Assembly: GCA_045629745.1 (NCBI GenBank) | Contig: JAZQRU010000004.1 | Location: 29,614-93,613 of the forward strand | Direction: 5' to 3' | DNA: 64,000 nucleotides | From: Eubacteriales bacterium | GTDB taxonomy: Bacteria; Bacillota; Clostridia; Oscillospirales; CAG-272 | Shown here: positions 11,291 to 21,271 of the stretch, one piece after another | Layout: each line of letters opens with the position of its first letter | Numbering within the stretch: the first letter of the stretch is position 1 | Notes under the pieces: generated by a model | What the model was told of the DNA's origin: nothing | Seen by the model: the letters and a program-made list of their open reading frames with translations, nothing else | The model's database searches: none | Program-made: the position numbers and the translations under genes

Positions 11291-11328
11291 AAAAACCAAC
11301 CTTTCAAAGTTAATTTGCAACTTTTAAA

Positions 11329-12303
11329 TCAGTTTCCCTTGATACGCTCCACGGAGCCGAGAGCAAAGAAAACTCCGATAAAAGATAAAAGTGTTATTGC
11401 GGTAGTGGTGAAAAAGGCAAATGCAACCAAAACAAGCAACAGCGCAAAAGCAGTTCCGCGCGAATGCTTTATTAAGGTGTAGGAAATTTTCAAGCCGAAA
11501 TAAGCAAAAACGACGAGAAGAACGTTATTTACGTTTGTGATAGTAAGAGCAAAAACGTCGCTTCCCGAAGAGGAAAAGAGCGAAAAAATTGCAACGACTG
11601 TATAGGAATACGCAAGAAATTTCGTCGGTACGAAAAGCTCTAAATCGCTGCGTGAAGCACCGAAAAGACGCACTCTTAAAAAATCGTAAATCTTATAGGT
11701 TAGACCTGCAAGGAAAAACGCGAAAATTATAACAAAGGACGGGAGTGAGAGGATTAAACTATGAAAAACGTCCTCTGCATTTTCACGTGTCAAAAGGAAG
11801 AAAAAGCTTCCCTCTTCATCTTGTGAGCTGATGCTCGTCATAAGAGATATAAAGCTTCTCTTCAGCGAGTCGTAAAGCCCTCTGTAGTATGCCTTTAAAG
11901 CACTGAAGCTTAAGGATTCGTTTACCGTAAATGCTAGCGCGAAAAACGACAGAAAGATAAAAATGCTTATAGCTAATGTGATAAAGAAAACCGTTTCACG
12001 TTTCGTTCTGCCTTTCTCGTTAAAAAAGAAAAACAAAACGCCGACCGCGATATAAATTACACCCTCAAGTGAGAAAAATCCGTTTATAAGCACGTTAACA
12101 GTGTAAATTGCAACGGGCAATACGTAAGATAAAATTCTTCTGGTTTTCTTTTCAAAATGTAAAAGGGATGCGTAAGATGCCGCCGCAAACGGTAAGCATA
12201 GATAACCGAATAAAATGCAACCGAAGCCCGAAAGGACAAGCAACAGACAAAGGAGCGCCATTTTTTTGGTATAATATGGGGTTTTCTGCAAATCTTGGTA
12301 CAT
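11329..12303 (-). CDS. YybS-like polytopic membrane protein (DUF2232)
   Basis: 324-aa multi-TM ORF directly upstream of gdpP, the conserved position of yybS in Firmicutes. The assignment rests mostly on synteny. Confidence 0.6.
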   Translation of the reverse strand: MYQDLQKTPYYTKKMALLCLLLVLSGFGCILFGYLCLPFAAASYASLLHFEKKTRRILSYVLPVAIYTVNVLINGFFSLEGVIYIAVGVLFFFFNEKGRTKRETVFFITLAISIFIFLSFFALAFTVNESLSFSALKAYYRGLYDSLKRSFISLMTSISSQDEEGSFFFLLTRENAEDVFHSLILSLPSFVIIFAFFLAGLTYKIYDFLRVRLFGASRSDLELFVPTKFLAYSYTVVAIFSLFSSSGSDVFALTITNVNNVLLVVFAYFGLKISYTLIKHSRGTAFALLLVLVAFAFFTTTAITLLSFIGVFFALGSVERIKGN

Positions 12304-12445
12304 TGAAATCTCCGATTTGGATAAAATAATTCATAATATTATAGCACACTTTAAATTTTTTGTAAAGTTTTTCATTAAAAAATATATTAAATTATTGTAA
12401 ATTTAATTTTTTTGGGCGTTTTTCTAAAGTTTTTCGTATCACTTA

Positions 12446-12474
12446 TTGAAAAACGAGTCTGAATGTTGTAGAAT
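12446..12474 (+). promoter_or_regulatory. Putative sigma-A promoter of recG
   Basis: TTGAAA (12446-12451), a 17-nt spacer, then TAGAAT (12469-12474), about 28 nt upstream of the aaaggagg RBS/ATG at 12502. Confidence 0.35.
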
Positions 12475-12501
12475 AGATATAAAACATAAAAGGAGGGGCG
12501 A

Positions 12502-14628
12502 ATGTTAAATCTCACAAGTTCTGTAACCGAGCTTTCTGGCGTCGGAAAAACAAGAGGAGCACAGCTTAAAAGACTTGGAATTGAAACAATAAAAGACCTG
12601 ATTTTCTGTTTACCCCGTTCCTTTGAGAATCGCTCTGACGTAAGAAGATTATCAGAGCTTAATTTTGATTCTCCCGCATCTTACGTATTAACTATCGCAA
12701 GCGAAGTTAAAAGTGCGAAAATACGGCAGAATTTTAACATTGAGAAATTCCGCGCGTTTGACGAAAGCGGCTCGTGCGAGGTGGTTTTCTTTAATTCTCC
12801 TTTTATTAAAGATGTTTTTCATATAGGCGGCACTTTCCGATTCTACGGCAAGCTCTCACCCGATAAATCAAAGCTTCAGCTCAAATCACCGAAGTACGAG
12901 CCTTATTCGGAAACAACACCGCTGCGCGATTACGTGCCGATATATCCATTAACCGAAGGACTTTCGGGAAAGGTTCTCGAAAAGCTCGTTAACTCTGCGC
13001 TTCTTGTTATAGGTGACAATATCAAGGACCCACTGACCGACGCCATAAGACTTGAAAATTCCCTTCCCACACTTGGCTATGCAATAAAAAATATTCATAA
13101 CCCCGAAAGTGCCGAGTCTCTTCAAAAATCCATTTCGCGCCTTGCGTTTGACGAAATGCTTTATTTCGGCATAGGTGTTTCTCTCTCTTTGCAATATAAA
13201 ACAAAGGTTCCCGGTGTCCCCTTTTCAAAAACAGGACTTGAGGAATTTACAGCCGCACTGCCTTATGAACTAACTGCCTCGCAAAAAAATGCAATAAACG
13301 ATATATATTCCGACACGGTTATCAAACCAAAAAGAACGGAAGGCGGGCATATGGCAAGAATACTCGTCGGTGACGTTGGATGCGGAAAAACCGTTTGCGC
13401 TGCCGCAGCTCTCTATATTTCGGCAAAATCTGGCTATCAAAGTGCACTTATGGCTCCGACAGAAATACTTGCCCGCCAGCATTTTGCGGAAATTTCGGCA
13501 TTATTTTCAAAATTTGGCTTTAAATGCGAGCTTTTGCTCGGCTCTACAAGCGCTAAAGAAAAAAAACGTATATATGCTGCCGTGGAAAACGGTGAAGCCG
13601 ACGTTGTTATAGGAACTCACGCGCTCCTTTCGGATAAGCTTTCCTTTAAGTCCTTAGGACTTGTTATAACAGACGAGCAACACCGCTTCGGAGTTGCTCA
13701 AAGAGCTGTTTTAAATGAGAAGAATGCGTCTGCTCATATGCTTGTTATGAGTGCAACACCAATACCGAGAACGCTAGCATTGACTATGTACGGCGACCTT
13801 GACGTTTCAAAAATTACGGAAATGCCAAAGGGACGTATGCGGGTTGATACTTACGTCGTAGACGAGAGCTATCGCAAGCGCTTAAACTGCTTTATTGAAA
13901 GTCAGGTTTCTATTGGAGGCCAGGTATATATAGTTTGTCCCGCTATCGAAGAAAACGACGGTGAAAACGAGGGTGAGCTTTATCTTTCTGAAAATATGAA
14001 GCCTAAGCCAAAACTCAAAAATGTTTTAAATTATACAGAAAATTTAAAGCAGACTTTCAAAAATCTTAACATTGACCTCCTTCACGGCAAAATAAAAGCG
14101 GCAGAAAAAGAGGAAATTATGAGAAAATTTGCAAGCGGCGAAACTCATATTTTAGTGTCGACAACAGTTATTGAGGTTGGTGTTAACATTCCCAATGCTT
14201 CCCTTATGATAATAGAAAATGCGGACCGATACGGACTTTCTCAGCTCCATCAGCTACGCGGAAGAGTAGGAAGAGGTACGAGAAAATCCTATTGCGTTCT
14301 CGTTTCCGACCTCAATACCCCGAAAGCAAATGAGCGCCTTGAGGTTATGAAAACCACCTATGACGGCTTCGAGATAGCTAACCGCGATCTTGAGCTTCGC
14401 GGTCCGGGTGATTTTTTCAAGAGCCGAGAGGCAGAGGGCTTTAGGCAAAGCGGAGGATTTGAGTTTAAGCTTGCGAAGCTTTCAGACGACACAGGCTTAA
14501 TGGAAGCCGCATTCAGAACTGCAAAAACTATAGTTGAAAAAGATCCTACTCTTTCCCTAGAAGAGCACGCGGCGCTAAGACAGGAAATCGAAAACCATAT
14601 TGCACCTATTAGCGCTTCAATTTCATAA
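12502..14628 (+). CDS. recG: ATP-dependent DNA helicase RecG
   Basis: 708 aa with an N-terminal wedge/OB region and helicase motifs 'GDVGCGKT', 'TDEQHRFG' and 'HQLRGRVGRG'. Confidence 0.95.
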   Translation: MLNLTSSVTELSGVGKTRGAQLKRLGIETIKDLIFCLPRSFENRSDVRRLSELNFDSPASYVLTIASEVKSAKIRQNFNIEKFRAFDESGSCEVVFFNSPFIKDVFHIGGTFRFYGKLSPDKSKLQLKSPKYEPYSETTPLRDYVPIYPLTEGLSGKVLEKLVNSALLVIGDNIKDPLTDAIRLENSLPTLGYAIKNIHNPESAESLQKSISRLAFDEMLYFGIGVSLSLQYKTKVPGVPFSKTGLEEFTAALPYELTASQKNAINDIYSDTVIKPKRTEGGHMARILVGDVGCGKTVCAAAALYISAKSGYQSALMAPTEILARQHFAEISALFSKFGFKCELLLGSTSAKEKKRIYAAVENGEADVVIGTHALLSDKLSFKSLGLVITDEQHRFGVAQRAVLNEKNASAHMLVMSATPIPRTLALTMYGDLDVSKITEMPKGRMRVDTYVVDESYRKRLNCFIESQVSIGGQVYIVCPAIEENDGENEGELYLSENMKPKPKLKNVLNYTENLKQTFKNLNIDLLHGKIKAAEKEEIMRKFASGETHILVSTTVIEVGVNIPNASLMIIENADRYGLSQLHQLRGRVGRGTRKSYCVLVSDLNTPKANERLEVMKTTYDGFEIANRDLELRGPGDFFKSREAEGFRQSGGFEFKLAKLSDDTGLMEAAFRTAKTIVEKDPTLSLEEHAALRQEIENHIAPISASIS

Positions 14629-14642
14629 TTTAGGAGAATTTT

Positions 14643-15890
14643 ATGCAAAATAAGCCATTAGCCGACAGAATGCGTCCCGCGAGCTTCGACGAAATTGCAG
14701 GACAAGCTCACCTTGTTGGCAAAAACGGAATTTTAAGGAAGCTTTCCGATAACGGAAGAATTCCAAATATGATATTTTTTGGCCCGCCAGGCACGGGAAA
14801 AACAACCGTTGCTAATATTATTGCCAAAAATTCGGGAATGCAACTCCATAAATTAAATGCAACTACCGCCTCGCTTTCCGATATAAAAGACGTTATTGCC
14901 TCAACCGATAATATGTTTGCGGATAACGGAACGCTTTTATATCTTGACGAAATTCAATATTTCAACAAAAAGCAACAGCAGTCCTTGCTTGAATTTATGG
15001 AAAACGGTAAGATAACCCTTATCGCGTCAACTACGGAAAATCCCTACTATTACGTCTACAATGCTCTTCTCTCGCGCTCTTCCGTATTTGAATTCAAGCC
15101 TGTTACCCCCGAGAATTGTATTCCCACGTTACAAAGAGCGCTAAATATTCTCAACGAAGAATTTTCGGATAATAAAACTATAGGCAAAAACGTTTTGCTG
15201 AAAATTGCGAGCCTTTCGGGCGGTGACGTAAGAATGAGTGTTTCTCTATTAGAAAATTGCTTCTACATATCGGGGGCAGAAATATCGCTTGAAGACGTTA
15301 TAGCGCTCTCGCCTAGCGTTGTCGGAAGCTTTGACAGAGTCGGTGACGTTCATTATGATTTGCTATCCTGCCTGCAAAAATCCATACGCGGCTCCGATCC
15401 GAATGCCGCAATATTCTATCTTGCTAAAATTTTAGCTTCGGGCGATATGCTCAGTGCTTGCAGAAGAATTCTCGTAATAGCAAACGAGGATATAGGCCCT
15501 GCCTATCCAATGGCGGCGGCAATAGCTTACTCCTGCGTTGAAAGCGCAAAAGCGATAGGTATGCCCGAAGCGGCAATTCCGCTTGCAAACGTCGTTACGA
15601 TACTTGCAACCGCACCGAAGTCAAATACCTCTTATATGGCTTACCACGCGGCTATGGAGGATATTCAAAACGGACTTGGAATAAAAGTACCGGAGCATCT
15701 GAAAAGCCCAGATTTTAAGGGCTACAAATATCCTCACGACTATGAGAATAACTACGTATCGCAAAGGTACTTACCTGAGGACCTAAAGAACTGCGAATAT
15801 TATAAATTTGGCAGCAATAAAACCGAGCAAGCGGCAAAGGCTTATTACGATTTCATACGAAGCAACGTAAAAACAACTATTAAAGACTAA
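14643..15890 (+). CDS. rarA: Replication-associated recombination protein A (RarA/MgsA AAA+ ATPase)
   Basis: 415 aa with Walker A 'GPPGTGKTT', 'LLYLDEIQYFNK' and the MgsA C-terminal domain. Confidence 0.93.
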   Translation: MQNKPLADRMRPASFDEIAGQAHLVGKNGILRKLSDNGRIPNMIFFGPPGTGKTTVANIIAKNSGMQLHKLNATTASLSDIKDVIASTDNMFADNGTLLYLDEIQYFNKKQQQSLLEFMENGKITLIASTTENPYYYVYNALLSRSSVFEFKPVTPENCIPTLQRALNILNEEFSDNKTIGKNVLLKIASLSGGDVRMSVSLLENCFYISGAEISLEDVIALSPSVVGSFDRVGDVHYDLLSCLQKSIRGSDPNAAIFYLAKILASGDMLSACRRILVIANEDIGPAYPMAAAIAYSCVESAKAIGMPEAAIPLANVVTILATAPKSNTSYMAYHAAMEDIQNGLGIKVPEHLKSPDFKGYKYPHDYENNYVSQRYLPEDLKNCEYYKFGSNKTEQAAKAYYDFIRSNVKTTIKD

Positions 15891-15912
15891 AATATACACT
15901 TTATATGAAATC

Positions 15913-15941
15913 TTGACAAAGCTTAAAAAATATGGTAGAAT
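15913..15941 (+). promoter_or_regulatory. Putative sigma-A promoter (extended -10) of the lipid kinase/comEC unit
   Basis: TTGACA (15913-15918), a 17-nt spacer, then TGgTAGAAT with the hexamer at 15936-15941. Confidence 0.45.
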
Positions 15942-15984
15942 AACGTTAACTTGATTTTCTTGTTCCTTGGAGGACAAAAATAGT

Positions 15985-16920
15985 ATGATTTTTCATTTTA
16001 TACTTAACCCCAAGTCAGGCAGAAGCAGAAAGCATCAGAATATTGAGGATGCTATCAAAACCGCTTGTCAAAAACGCAGATTAAGCTATCACATATATTA
16101 CACAACCTGTCCCGGTGATGCAACAGAATACGTTAAGTCGATGGTAAGAATTTCAGAGGACAAACAGAGATTTATCTGTATCGGCGGCGACGGCACGTTG
16201 AATGAAATTGTAAACAGTGCACCCTCTAACCCCAACGTTGAATTTGGTGTTATTCCCAACGGCTCGGGGAATGATTTTGTAAATAACTTTACTAACAAAT
16301 CCCTCTTTTCGTCTATTGATGCTCAAATCGACGGCGAAACCGCTTCTCTTGACCTTATAAAATGCAACGATAATTACTGCGTGAATATGGTAAATATCGG
16401 CTTTGACTGTGCCGTAGCTAAGGAAGCTGCAAAGATTAAAAAAATAAAGCTTTTCGCCCCTCGCTTTGCATACACACTCGGTGTATTCAAGGTTGTTTTC
16501 AGAAAAATCGGAACTCCTATGAAAATAATCTTTGATGACGGAGAGGTTATAGAAAAGCTCTTCACTTTAACGTCTATAGCAAACGGAAGATATTGCGGTG
16601 GCGGATATTGCGCAGCTCCAAATGCTTATATGAACGACGGTATAATGGATATAGCCGCGATAAATAAAATCTCTCGTTTCACTCTCTTCGGACTTCTCAA
16701 GTCCTATAAAAAAGGTACTTATCTTGAGAAAAAGCGCGCACAGAAATTATTTGTCCACAAAAGAGTTTCACATCTCAGAATGGAATTCAAGGAGCCTCTT
16801 CCTATCTGTATTGACGGTGAAATTAAGGGCGCTAAAAACATTGATTTTACTGTAGTTCCCAAAGCATTCAACTTTGTAATTCCCAAGGGCTCAGACTTTA
16901 AATTTAAGGAAAACAAATGA
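15985..16920 (+). CDS. Diacylglycerol/lipid kinase family protein (YegS/BmrU-like)
   Basis: DAGK catalytic motif 'CIGGDGTLNEIVN' and 'IPNGSGNDF'. The ATG at 15985 follows GGAGG (15969-15973). The track start at 15967 is a TTG that overlaps the RBS. Confidence 0.85.
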   Translation: MIFHFILNPKSGRSRKHQNIEDAIKTACQKRRLSYHIYYTTCPGDATEYVKSMVRISEDKQRFICIGGDGTLNEIVNSAPSNPNVEFGVIPNGSGNDFVNNFTNKSLFSSIDAQIDGETASLDLIKCNDNYCVNMVNIGFDCAVAKEAAKIKKIKLFAPRFAYTLGVFKVVFRKIGTPMKIIFDDGEVIEKLFTLTSIANGRYCGGGYCAAPNAYMNDGIMDIAAINKISRFTLFGLLKSYKKGTYLEKKRAQKLFVHKRVSHLRMEFKEPLPICIDGEIKGAKNIDFTVVPKAFNFVIPKGSDFKFKENK

Positions 16921-19142
16921 AAATATTTTACAGAAGACCGCTTAGCTTAATACTTTGTATTATGCTAGGCGCGTTTTCTTTATTCTCAAAAATAAGCTCG
17001 CCGTATAACTATATCCTTTGGAGTGCGGCGGGGCTTTTATTGGTTTTGACGTTTCTTAAGCCTCGAATTCCCGTAAAGCGCGGTTTAATTTGCTCGGCAC
17101 TGATTGCGTTTCTTATCTCTTCCCTACTCTCGCACCTTTATTTTAATCTATATTACAGAGCATACGAGCGCTACGAGGGCGAGGTTCTTATTTCGGGAGA
17201 GGTCACCGAAGTGACTGAAAACGATTATCACACCTATCTCACCGTAACGGCTTCTATAAACAACGAATCTTTTTCACGTTATAAGCTTTACGTTATCCTT
17301 GACTATGAGGAAAAGAAAAACGCGCCCGAATTTAAAATCGGTAACAAAATCGAGCTTACGGGTAAAATTTCAGATTTCACTAATAAAAACTCAGATTTTA
17401 ACGCAAATTCTTATTATTTATCAAAGGGTTATTCCGCGAAAATCTCAGAGTCTATGAATATATCCGTTACGGGTGACGAAAAAATCACCGTAGCATCTTA
17501 TTTCAAAAACGTAAGAAAGAACGTCGCGGAATTCGTTATAGAAAACTCAAACGAAGAAGCTGGTGGCTTGCTTGTAGCTTTGCTTCTCGGCGAAAAAGAA
17601 TATTTATCCCCGTCAATTGAGCTTGATTTTAAAAGAATAGGCATATCTCATATTTTAGCTCTCTCAGGACTCCACCTCGCAATTCTCGCGCTCGGCTTCG
17701 GAAAGCTCTTTTCCGTATTCGGTCTTGCCAAAAAGCCGCGCACAGTAATAACACTTGCATTTACTGTTCTTTATATGACTCTTACGGGTTTTCCGATTTC
17801 GGTTGTAAGAGCAGGAATAATGCTTATAATTGCAAGCCTTCTATATCTTCTTGCAAACGCAAGTGACCCCCTCACAAATCTTACTGTATCCGTCTTTCTT
17901 ATAGTTTTGGTTTCACCCTATTCTATATTCGACGTTTCGCTTTTGCTTTCGGCTTTTGCAACGCTTGGCATTGTAACCCTTGGAGATTTACCAAGGACTT
18001 ATCCTAAAAAACGCGGAATAAAAAATGCCGTTCTGAACTCCTTGACGATATCGCTTTTTGCAATTTCCGCAACGTTTTTAATAAGTGTTTTAAGCTTTAA
18101 TGAAATCTCGCTCATTTCACCGGTTTCCACACTCATTTTTTCGTTTTTAATCGAGATTTTCCTTTATTTCGGAACTTTTTTCCTCTTATTTGCAAAAATT
18201 ATGCCTCTTGGCAATATTTTAATTTTTCTAAGCAATATTATAAAGAATTTAGCTGCGTCTTTTTCAAGCCTCAATTATATAAGCGTAAGTTCTGATTTTG
18301 TTTTCATTATGCTTGCCGCCATTGTTTTCACGTTGCTCTTCTTTCTTTTTCTGGTCCTCGACGTAAAAAGAAAGCGCCTTGCCGTTGCCATAGTATCCTC
18401 CGTTATGTCGTTAATTTTGATAAGCGGCGTTATTCTTACGTATAGCACAGAAAACGAAACGAGACTTTCATATAATCTTACCGAAACGGGCGACGCGGTA
18501 CTATTAACCGAAGAGGGAGAAATTACACTTATAGAAAGCAAAACGTACACAAGCGGCAGAATATATGAAACGCTTAATATTTTAAAAGGCGAAAGAATTA
18601 CGCGTCTTGATAACTATATTCTCACGGATTACAATTCTAAAATGTTCTCGGCGCTTTATAAGCTTATGTCAGAAGTTAAAATAACGAATATCTATCTTCC
18701 TAAGGCAAAAGATGCAGAAGAAGTTAAAATTTATAAAAGCCTTGTTTCTCTAAAAGAAGTATTCTCCGTGAATCTCATTATTTTCGGAGAAGAAAGAATG
18801 GATTTCAAAGGATTCTCTTTCACTGCCCTCTATCGTGACGTGGATACGGGAGCTTATGAAATAATACATAAAAATAAAAAATACCTGATAGCATTATCAG
18901 GCATCTTTGAAAGCGGTGGCGCATATATTGCATTTACGGAAATTTTAAATTCCGATGCCGTGATTTTCTCGCGTCACGGCAAGTCTTACAATAATTATAA
19001 CTTCACCTACGAATTCGAAAATCCAAAGGTGATAATTATAGCAAGTAAAGAAATGTATATTCCTCTGCAAACTGTGGCTTATTATAAAAATTCGGGCGCA
19101 GAGGTGAGTCTTACGCCCGAAAGATATGATTTTATACGTTAA
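16917..19142 (+). CDS. comEC: ComEC/Rec2-family DNA internalisation channel protein
   Basis: 741-aa polytopic protein with the competence-domain signature 'LLLGEKEYL...FKRIGISHILALSGLHLAIL'. The ATG overlaps the stop of the preceding gene (ATGA). The C-terminal MBL-like domain lacks HxHxDH (see finding). Confidence 0.85.
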   Translation: MKIFYRRPLSLILCIMLGAFSLFSKISSPYNYILWSAAGLLLVLTFLKPRIPVKRGLICSALIAFLISSLLSHLYFNLYYRAYERYEGEVLISGEVTEVTENDYHTYLTVTASINNESFSRYKLYVILDYEEKKNAPEFKIGNKIELTGKISDFTNKNSDFNANSYYLSKGYSAKISESMNISVTGDEKITVASYFKNVRKNVAEFVIENSNEEAGGLLVALLLGEKEYLSPSIELDFKRIGISHILALSGLHLAILALGFGKLFSVFGLAKKPRTVITLAFTVLYMTLTGFPISVVRAGIMLIIASLLYLLANASDPLTNLTVSVFLIVLVSPYSIFDVSLLLSAFATLGIVTLGDLPRTYPKKRGIKNAVLNSLTISLFAISATFLISVLSFNEISLISPVSTLIFSFLIEIFLYFGTFFLLFAKIMPLGNILIFLSNIIKNLAASFSSLNYISVSSDFVFIMLAAIVFTLLFFLFLVLDVKRKRLAVAIVSSVMSLILISGVILTYSTENETRLSYNLTETGDAVLLTEEGEITLIESKTYTSGRIYETLNILKGERITRLDNYILTDYNSKMFSALYKLMSEVKITNIYLPKAKDAEEVKIYKSLVSLKEVFSVNLIIFGEERMDFKGFSFTALYRDVDTGAYEIIHKNKKYLIALSGIFESGGAYIAFTEILNSDAVIFSRHGKSYNNYNFTYEFENPKVIIIASKEMYIPLQTVAYYKNSGAEVSLTPERYDFIR

Positions 19143-20226
19143 AGAGAAATTCTACGACGTCGCCGTCTTTCATTACGTATTCTTTACCCTCACTTCTCAA
19201 AAGGCCCTTTTCCTTAACCTTATTTCTGTCGCCCTCGCGGACAAGGTCATCAAAGGAAACAACCTCTGCACGAATAAATCCACGCTCAAAGTCGGTATGA
19301 ATTTTACCTGCGGCACCGGGAGCCTTAGTGCCCTTTGTGATAGTCCAAGCGCGTACTTCCTTTGCGCCTGCCGTCAAAAAGCTTATAAGACCAAGTAAAG
19401 AATATCCAGATTTGATAAGCTTATCAAGTCCGCTCTCCTCAATACCGAGGTCCTCAAGGAAATTAAGCTTCTCTTCTCCCTCAAGCTCTGCTATCTCCGC
19501 TTCAATCTGGGCACTTACCGCGATTATTTCGCTACCCTCGGATTCTGCGTGATGTCGGAGCTTTTCATAATTCTCGTTTTTACGGTATTCGCCCGAAACC
19601 TCGTCTTCGGAGATGTTTGCAACGTAAATTATAGGCTTCAAGGTAAGAAGTCTTGATTCTTCTATCCAAGCCGCCTCTTCCTCGCTAAGACCAAGTGAAC
19701 GAGCGCATTTGCCTTCTTCAAGGCAAGCCTTAACCTTTTCAAGAACCTCAAGCTTTTCAAGGAGCTTTTTATCGCTCTTTGCTGCCTTGGTTGTTCTGTC
19801 TATCGCTCTTTCAACGATTTCAAGGTCGGAAAGTATCAATTCAATATCAATTGTTTCAACGTCGCGAAGAGGATCTATAGAGCCTTCAACGTGAATAATA
19901 TCATTATTTTCAAAGCAACGTACTACGTGCACAACCGCATCAACCTCGCGTATATTTGCAAGGAATTTATTGCCGAGTCCCTCACCTTTTGATGCGCCCC
20001 TTACAAGTCCTGCAATGTCAACGAATTCTATAACCGCAGGAGTAAACTTTTCAGGCTTATACATTTCCCTGAGCTTATCAAGTCTTGAATCGGGCACTAA
20101 AACAACGCCAACGTTAGGATCTATTGTGCAAAAGGGATAATTGGCAGACTCCGCTCCCGCATTCGTAAGCGCATTAAAAAGCGTACTTTTTCCAACGTTA
20201 GGAAGTCCGACTATACCAAGTTTCAT
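19132..20226 (-). CDS. ychF: Ribosome-binding ATPase YchF
   Basis: 364 aa with G1 '[15 protein letters not shown]' and the C-terminal YchF domain '[13 protein letters not shown]'. Confidence 0.95.
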   Translation of the reverse strand: MKLGIVGLPNVGKSTLFNALTNAGAESANYPFCTIDPNVGVVLVPDSRLDKLREMYKPEKFTPAVIEFVDIAGLVRGASKGEGLGNKFLANIREVDAVVHVVRCFENNDIIHVEGSIDPLRDVETIDIELILSDLEIVERAIDRTTKAAKSDKKLLEKLEVLEKVKACLEEGKCARSLGLSEEEAAWIEESRLLTLKPIIYVANISEDEVSGEYRKNENYEKLRHHAESEGSEIIAVSAQIEAEIAELEGEEKLNFLEDLGIEESGLDKLIKSGYSLLGLISFLTAGAKEVRAWTITKGTKAPGAAGKIHTDFERGFIRAEVVSFDDLVREGDRNKVKEKGLLRSEGKEYVMKDGDVVEFLFNV

Positions 20227-20336
20227 TTATATTACCTCGTTTTTACTTTCAGTCCCCTAAAGTATAGCACATTTTCTCACAAATCGCAATAGTTTTCTAA
20301 AATTATATTTATTCATAAAAAGTTTTGATATTGTTC

Positions 20337-20365
20337 TTGACTTTTGATATTATTTCCTGTATAAT
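20337..20365 (+). promoter_or_regulatory. Putative sigma-A promoter of the response regulator gene
   Basis: TTGACT (20337-20342), a 17-nt spacer, then TATAAT (20360-20365). A GGAGG RBS lies before the ATG at 20420. Confidence 0.45.
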
Positions 20366-20419
20366 GAAATTGTTAAGATTTTATTTTTTTTAACAAAGTT
20401 AATAATTGGAGGTTTACAA

Positions 20420-21109
20420 ATGGATACAAAGCTTTTAATTGTAGATGATGACGTTAATATATGTGATATGCTCAAGCTTTATTTTGAGAACGAGGGCTAT
20501 CAGGTAAAGACGGCTAACGACGGTTTTGAGGGACTTAAGGCTTTCAAGATTTATGAACCCGACCTTGTGCTTCTTGATATAATGATGCCCAAGAAAGACG
20601 GATGGCAGGTTTGCCGCGAAATACGCGAAATCTCACCGAAGCCCGTAATTATGATTACCGCAAAGGGTGACGTTTTCGATAAGGTTCTCGGCCTTGAGCT
20701 TGGCGCTGACGACTATACGGTTAAGCCCTTTGATATGAAAGAGCTTTCCGCAAGAATAAAGGCTGTTCTTCGCCGTTATAACGCACACACAAAAACGAAT
20801 GACGACGAGGTTGTAAAATTTGAAAATATCGAAATAAGCCTTCAGAAATATGAGCTTAAGCTTAATGGGAAGGCTATTGATATTCCCCCCAAGGAGCTTG
20901 AGCTTCTCTACTTCCTTGCATCTAACTGCAACAGAGTTTTCACCCGTGACCAGCTTCTTGATAAAGTTTGGGGATTTGATTACCTTGGAGACTCAAGAAC
21001 GGTTGATGTGCACGTAAAAAGACTTCGCGAAAAGCTTGAGGGGGTTTCTGACAAGTGGACGCTTAAGACCGTTTGGGGCGTTGGATATAAATTTGAAATT
21101 TTAATCTGA
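20420..21109 (+). CDS. OmpR-family DNA-binding response regulator
   Basis: 229 aa with receiver motifs 'LLIVDDD...LLDIMMPKKDGW...VKPF' and winged-helix motifs 'RDQLLDKVWG...TVWGVGYKF'. Confidence 0.9.
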   Translation: MDTKLLIVDDDVNICDMLKLYFENEGYQVKTANDGFEGLKAFKIYEPDLVLLDIMMPKKDGWQVCREIREISPKPVIMITAKGDVFDKVLGLELGADDYTVKPFDMKELSARIKAVLRRYNAHTKTNDDEVVKFENIEISLQKYELKLNGKAIDIPPKELELLYFLASNCNRVFTRDQLLDKVWGFDYLGDSRTVDVHVKRLREKLEGVSDKWTLKTVWGVGYKFEILI

Positions 21110-21200
21110 GACCTTAGAGCTTAGCTTGATTCAGGCATAACCAAAAGCGGCATAAGATTCGTAGAATTTCAAGCCTATAAAGATAAAAATATATAAGTTT

Positions 21201-21242
21201 AGAGCGGGTTTATCGTTTTTACGACAAACTCGCTCTTTTTTC
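21201..21242 (+). terminator. Rho-independent terminator downstream of the response regulator gene
   Basis: The stem agagcgggtttatcg pairs with cgacaaactcgctct around the loop ttttta, followed by tttttt. It contains the 22-nt repeat at 21212-21233. Confidence 0.55.
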
Positions 21243-21271
21243 GTTTGTGCCTTAAGGAAGCACCCTGTTTT

